This document shows positions 61,050 through 64,000 of a stretch of 64,000 bases of DNA, piece after piece (the stretch's first letter is position 1; each line of letters begins with the position of its first letter). The notes below the pieces were generated by a model, which saw nothing but the letters and a program-made list of their open reading frames with translations, made no database searches and was not told the origin of the DNA. Origin of the DNA: Prorocentrum cordatum (lineage: Eukaryota). The stretch lies in the NCBI GenBank assembly GCA_963575745.1, contig CAUYUJ010000273.1, positions 1 through 64,000 on the forward strand, read 5' to 3'. Made by a program: the position numbers and the translations under genes.

Positions 61050-62669
61050 AGGCCTGCGAACGGCCTCCGGCCGTGGCCCCCCGAGGAGTGCCCCCCCGAG
61101 GAGTGCCCCCCGGGGGGCCCACGACGCCGGTCGCCCCGCCCGCCCCCGGCGCGCCCCCCGAGCTTCGCGCGGCTGCCCCCTCCCCCCAGGACGACTGCCA
61201 CCGGTGGAGGCCTCGGGAGGGAGGAGGAGGAAGGAGGAGGAGGAGGAGGAGGAGGAATATTTTTCATGTTTGACCTCCACGGGCCCACCGCATAGTGCAA
61301 GCAAGTGGCAGTGCGGGACCTGCCAGCTCTGAGAAGTAGGCGACCTCGCCTCGGCGAGAGCCGCTATGGGGAAGGGGCTTCGCCGTTTCGGACCGCTCAC
61401 TATGGCCCCCTCCCCGCACGGATCGACCCGCGGCTCGGACGCCAACAACAGGGCCACTGTTGAGAAAAGGGGCTCACTGTCTGGCCGACATGCCAGAGAC
61501 AATGCACGACGGGGCGGACTGGCATACCAGATCCGCCCCCGTGCCCAAGAGACCAACGTGGGCTGCCCCCGCGCAGCAGTCACCGTGGAGGCCCACAAGA
61601 GCACCACAGCCGTGCAACAGGGACAACCACAAACCTTAAAGAAAAAATAGAAGGGGAAAAAGGCGACTACGGGCAGACGGGACCTTCAAGCTCGGTTTCT
61701 ACTGCTGGCTGCGCAACCAGCACCGCCAACCAGATCGAACGCCCAGCCCCCCTGAGCGACCCCAGCGGAGGGCCAGGGCGGAACAAAGGCGGACTGGCTA
61801 CCCAGTCCACCCCCGAGCCCAAGCCCCAGGGGCAAGCCAAACAGCACACTGCAGTGAGAAGGATGGCCAGCTTTTCCAGGTTGGCGGAATCCCAAAGGTC
61901 GGGCACCAGGGCTGGCAGCGAGACGCCAGCACCGCCGACCTGCCAGAGACAAAACCCAGATCGAGCCTGCAAGGAGCGTGGGCGCAGCGAAGGCAGTTCC
62001 GAGATGTACGTGCAACGCACCTCCCCCACAAGAAAGGGCGCCAGACGCTCGCGCAAAGCGCGCGCGCACACGCGCGCACAACTATGCGATGCACCCTAGG
62101 CCCTAGGCGACGCCAGGGCGAACCAGCAAGCCCAATCCCCGGCGTAGAAAACGCCAGGACGATGGGCTAGCCTCACCCCAGCCAAAGAGCCCCGTGAGGG
62201 CACGTTAAAAAAAGGCCGTGCTGGGCGAGGCCTGCGCCTACACCCCGCGCCCCAAAGAAAGCGCGGCATCCGCTCAAAATACGAGGCTCCAGGACTACAA
62301 TCAGGGCAATGCCGCCGTGGCCACGCAATGTCCCGCACAAACTACAAGTGCCCAAGCCTGGACGCACCGCGCGATCGCTCATCAGCGAAAGGCCAAAGAC
62401 CAGACACGCCAACAACGAAGTGTCCTCCGAAACCCGAGGCGGCACCACGGGGATGGGCACCGACACGCGCAGCCAGGCCGCGCCCGCGAATGATGTTCCA
62501 GAAAAAAGAAAAGCCCACCGAAAGTGCCATGCACCGACGGGAACAGAAAATGAGACCCGCGCAGCAAGCACGACAAGCCTGGAAGACCCTGGAGGGCACG
62601 CAACCCCAAAACGGTGGAGCGCCGAGCCACGCCAGGCCTTAAAGTCCGGCGGGGCAAAGTTGGAGCCTC

Positions 62670-63959
62670 CTATGGGAGGGTTGGGGGGGGGGGGGAATGC
62701 ACGACCGTGCATGATCTGACGGCGCGTGAACCAGCGCTGCCACTTGGGCAGGTCTGCATCCGCGCATTCCTGGAGCCAACAAGATCTGCAGACGAAGCCC
62801 CTGCCCGCTTTGGGCGAGGAAAACCCCGACACTGGCCGTCCCACGCGCTCGTCTGGCACCTGAGGCAGGACGGCATCCATCCTTCGGGCGTGAAGTTGTG
62901 GCATAAGGGAGCGGCGCAATGGTACTTGCCTGATTTCGAATACAAGCCTGGCCAGGCTCTGCCCTTGCAGTTCATGCACACTGGGGGTGCACGTCATCAT
63001 AGTTGGGCCTCAACAGCCTCCTTGGGGCCTGCTTCGTGGCACGCGCCGAAGCAGGCATGCGTCTGGCAGCGGGAGCGGCCGCGCGTTGCGACGGAGCAGA
63101 GCCGCCAGCTGCTGAGCCCCTCTCCTGCGCCTGCACTAAAGCAGACACTTCATTGGGAGGCGTAGGCGGCGAGTAGCAGTCGCCGCAAACCGTGTGCTCA
63201 CACGCCCTACACCAGATAGTGATCGAGCCGCGCGGGAGGCGTTTGTTGCGCCACCCACAGACGAACCTCCAATTCGTCTCATGTAGAAGGATCAGCGAGT
63301 GGCCCACCGAACACGCGGCTTCCCCTGCGTGGAGCTTGGCCCGAGGAGCCCTGCTGCGCTCTTCGGCGCGGCGGGCCTCAACCAGGCGCGCCGGCGGCGG
63401 GCCAGCAGGAAGACGAGCCACTGATTCCTGCTTACCAGGCCAAGGCGACGGTGAAGCAGCGATTCGACAGCGCCTCGCCTCCTCGAAGGTTTCTTGAGTG
63501 CGCAGCCCTTCCTTGGCGAACTTCGCGAAACGGCTAGGCTCCTCCCTGGGCGACAGAGAACCGCCGACGCAGTGGGAGGCCGAGCCTCCGCTGGGAGGGG
63601 GCGAGCTACTCGGCGAAGAGACTGGCCTGGCGTTGCGAATGCGGGCGCGAGACATGCTGCGATCTCGAGCACCTATTCCCCTACTGGACACGGGCCGCGC
63701 CCCGAGCCAAGCAGGGGGAGGGGGAGGAGTAGCAGGTCCCGGCTTTAAAATTAGCGCCTGAAGTAGCAGCAATGCCAGCCGCGGTAGCACGCATAAAATC
63801 AATCACGCCTGGCCTCATGATCGGCTGCTCAGGGTAGCCGATCCACAGACAGAGACGCGAACCAGCTGGAACGACATCGCCATGGTCCAACCATAGCCTG
63901 TCGGGCGGGCCAAGAGCTTCGCCGAGGTCGCCAGACGGCGGTGGAAAGAATGGGAACAT
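62670..63959 (-). pseudogene. Decayed intronless ORF with Cys/His zinc-finger-like clusters; probably retroposed or retroelement-derived, likely continues past the right edge
   Basis: CSVGHSL...FVCGW...WCRACEHTVCGDCY (ZZ-like spacing) and CMNC...HCAAPLCH...CLRC...CRSC in successive shifted frames; no microsatellites or MITEs seen over ~2.7 kb. Confidence 0.4.
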
Positions 63960-64000
63960 TCCAACAGCCTTGTTGAACGAATCTGGGTATACATGGCGGC

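Overview
This is eukaryotic, GC-rich, extremely repetitive nuclear DNA, not a prokaryotic region. A near-exact dinoflagellate spliced-leader relic (17986-18005) and exon-like islands with AG|GC donors and ag|G acceptors point to a core dinoflagellate (Prorocentrum-like; inference). Most of the window is microsatellite ((CCT)n, (CAT)n, (TATG)n, (AAT)n, (CA)n), minisatellite, and more than a dozen families of short dispersed elements, most with terminal inverted repeats (TIRs). Nearly all ORFs in the supplied track are translations of these repeats. Between the repeats, small high-GC3 exons on the minus strand can be chained in phase from about 43.2 kb to 11.1 kb, with possible further exons to about 52.9 kb. 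They give a low-complexity protein of unknown function; the model is hand-built and crosses an assembly gap. The best finding is an Introner-like event. A TGATGGG...CCC(A/C)TCA MITE with a (GGA/CCT)n core and a 5-bp target-site duplication (TSD; GAGGC on the minus strand) forms exactly one candidate intron (22342-22573), with the two TSD copies supplying donor and acceptor. Sibling copies show the same 5-bp TSD. Also present: an SL-headed retroposed insert with stacked SL relics and tandem hairpins, a decayed RTE-like LINE reverse transcriptase, a probable decayed ISXO2-like (Merlin) transposase, a decayed intronless zinc-finger ORF at the right end, and two 100-N gaps. No rRNA, tRNA or CRISPR array is supported.
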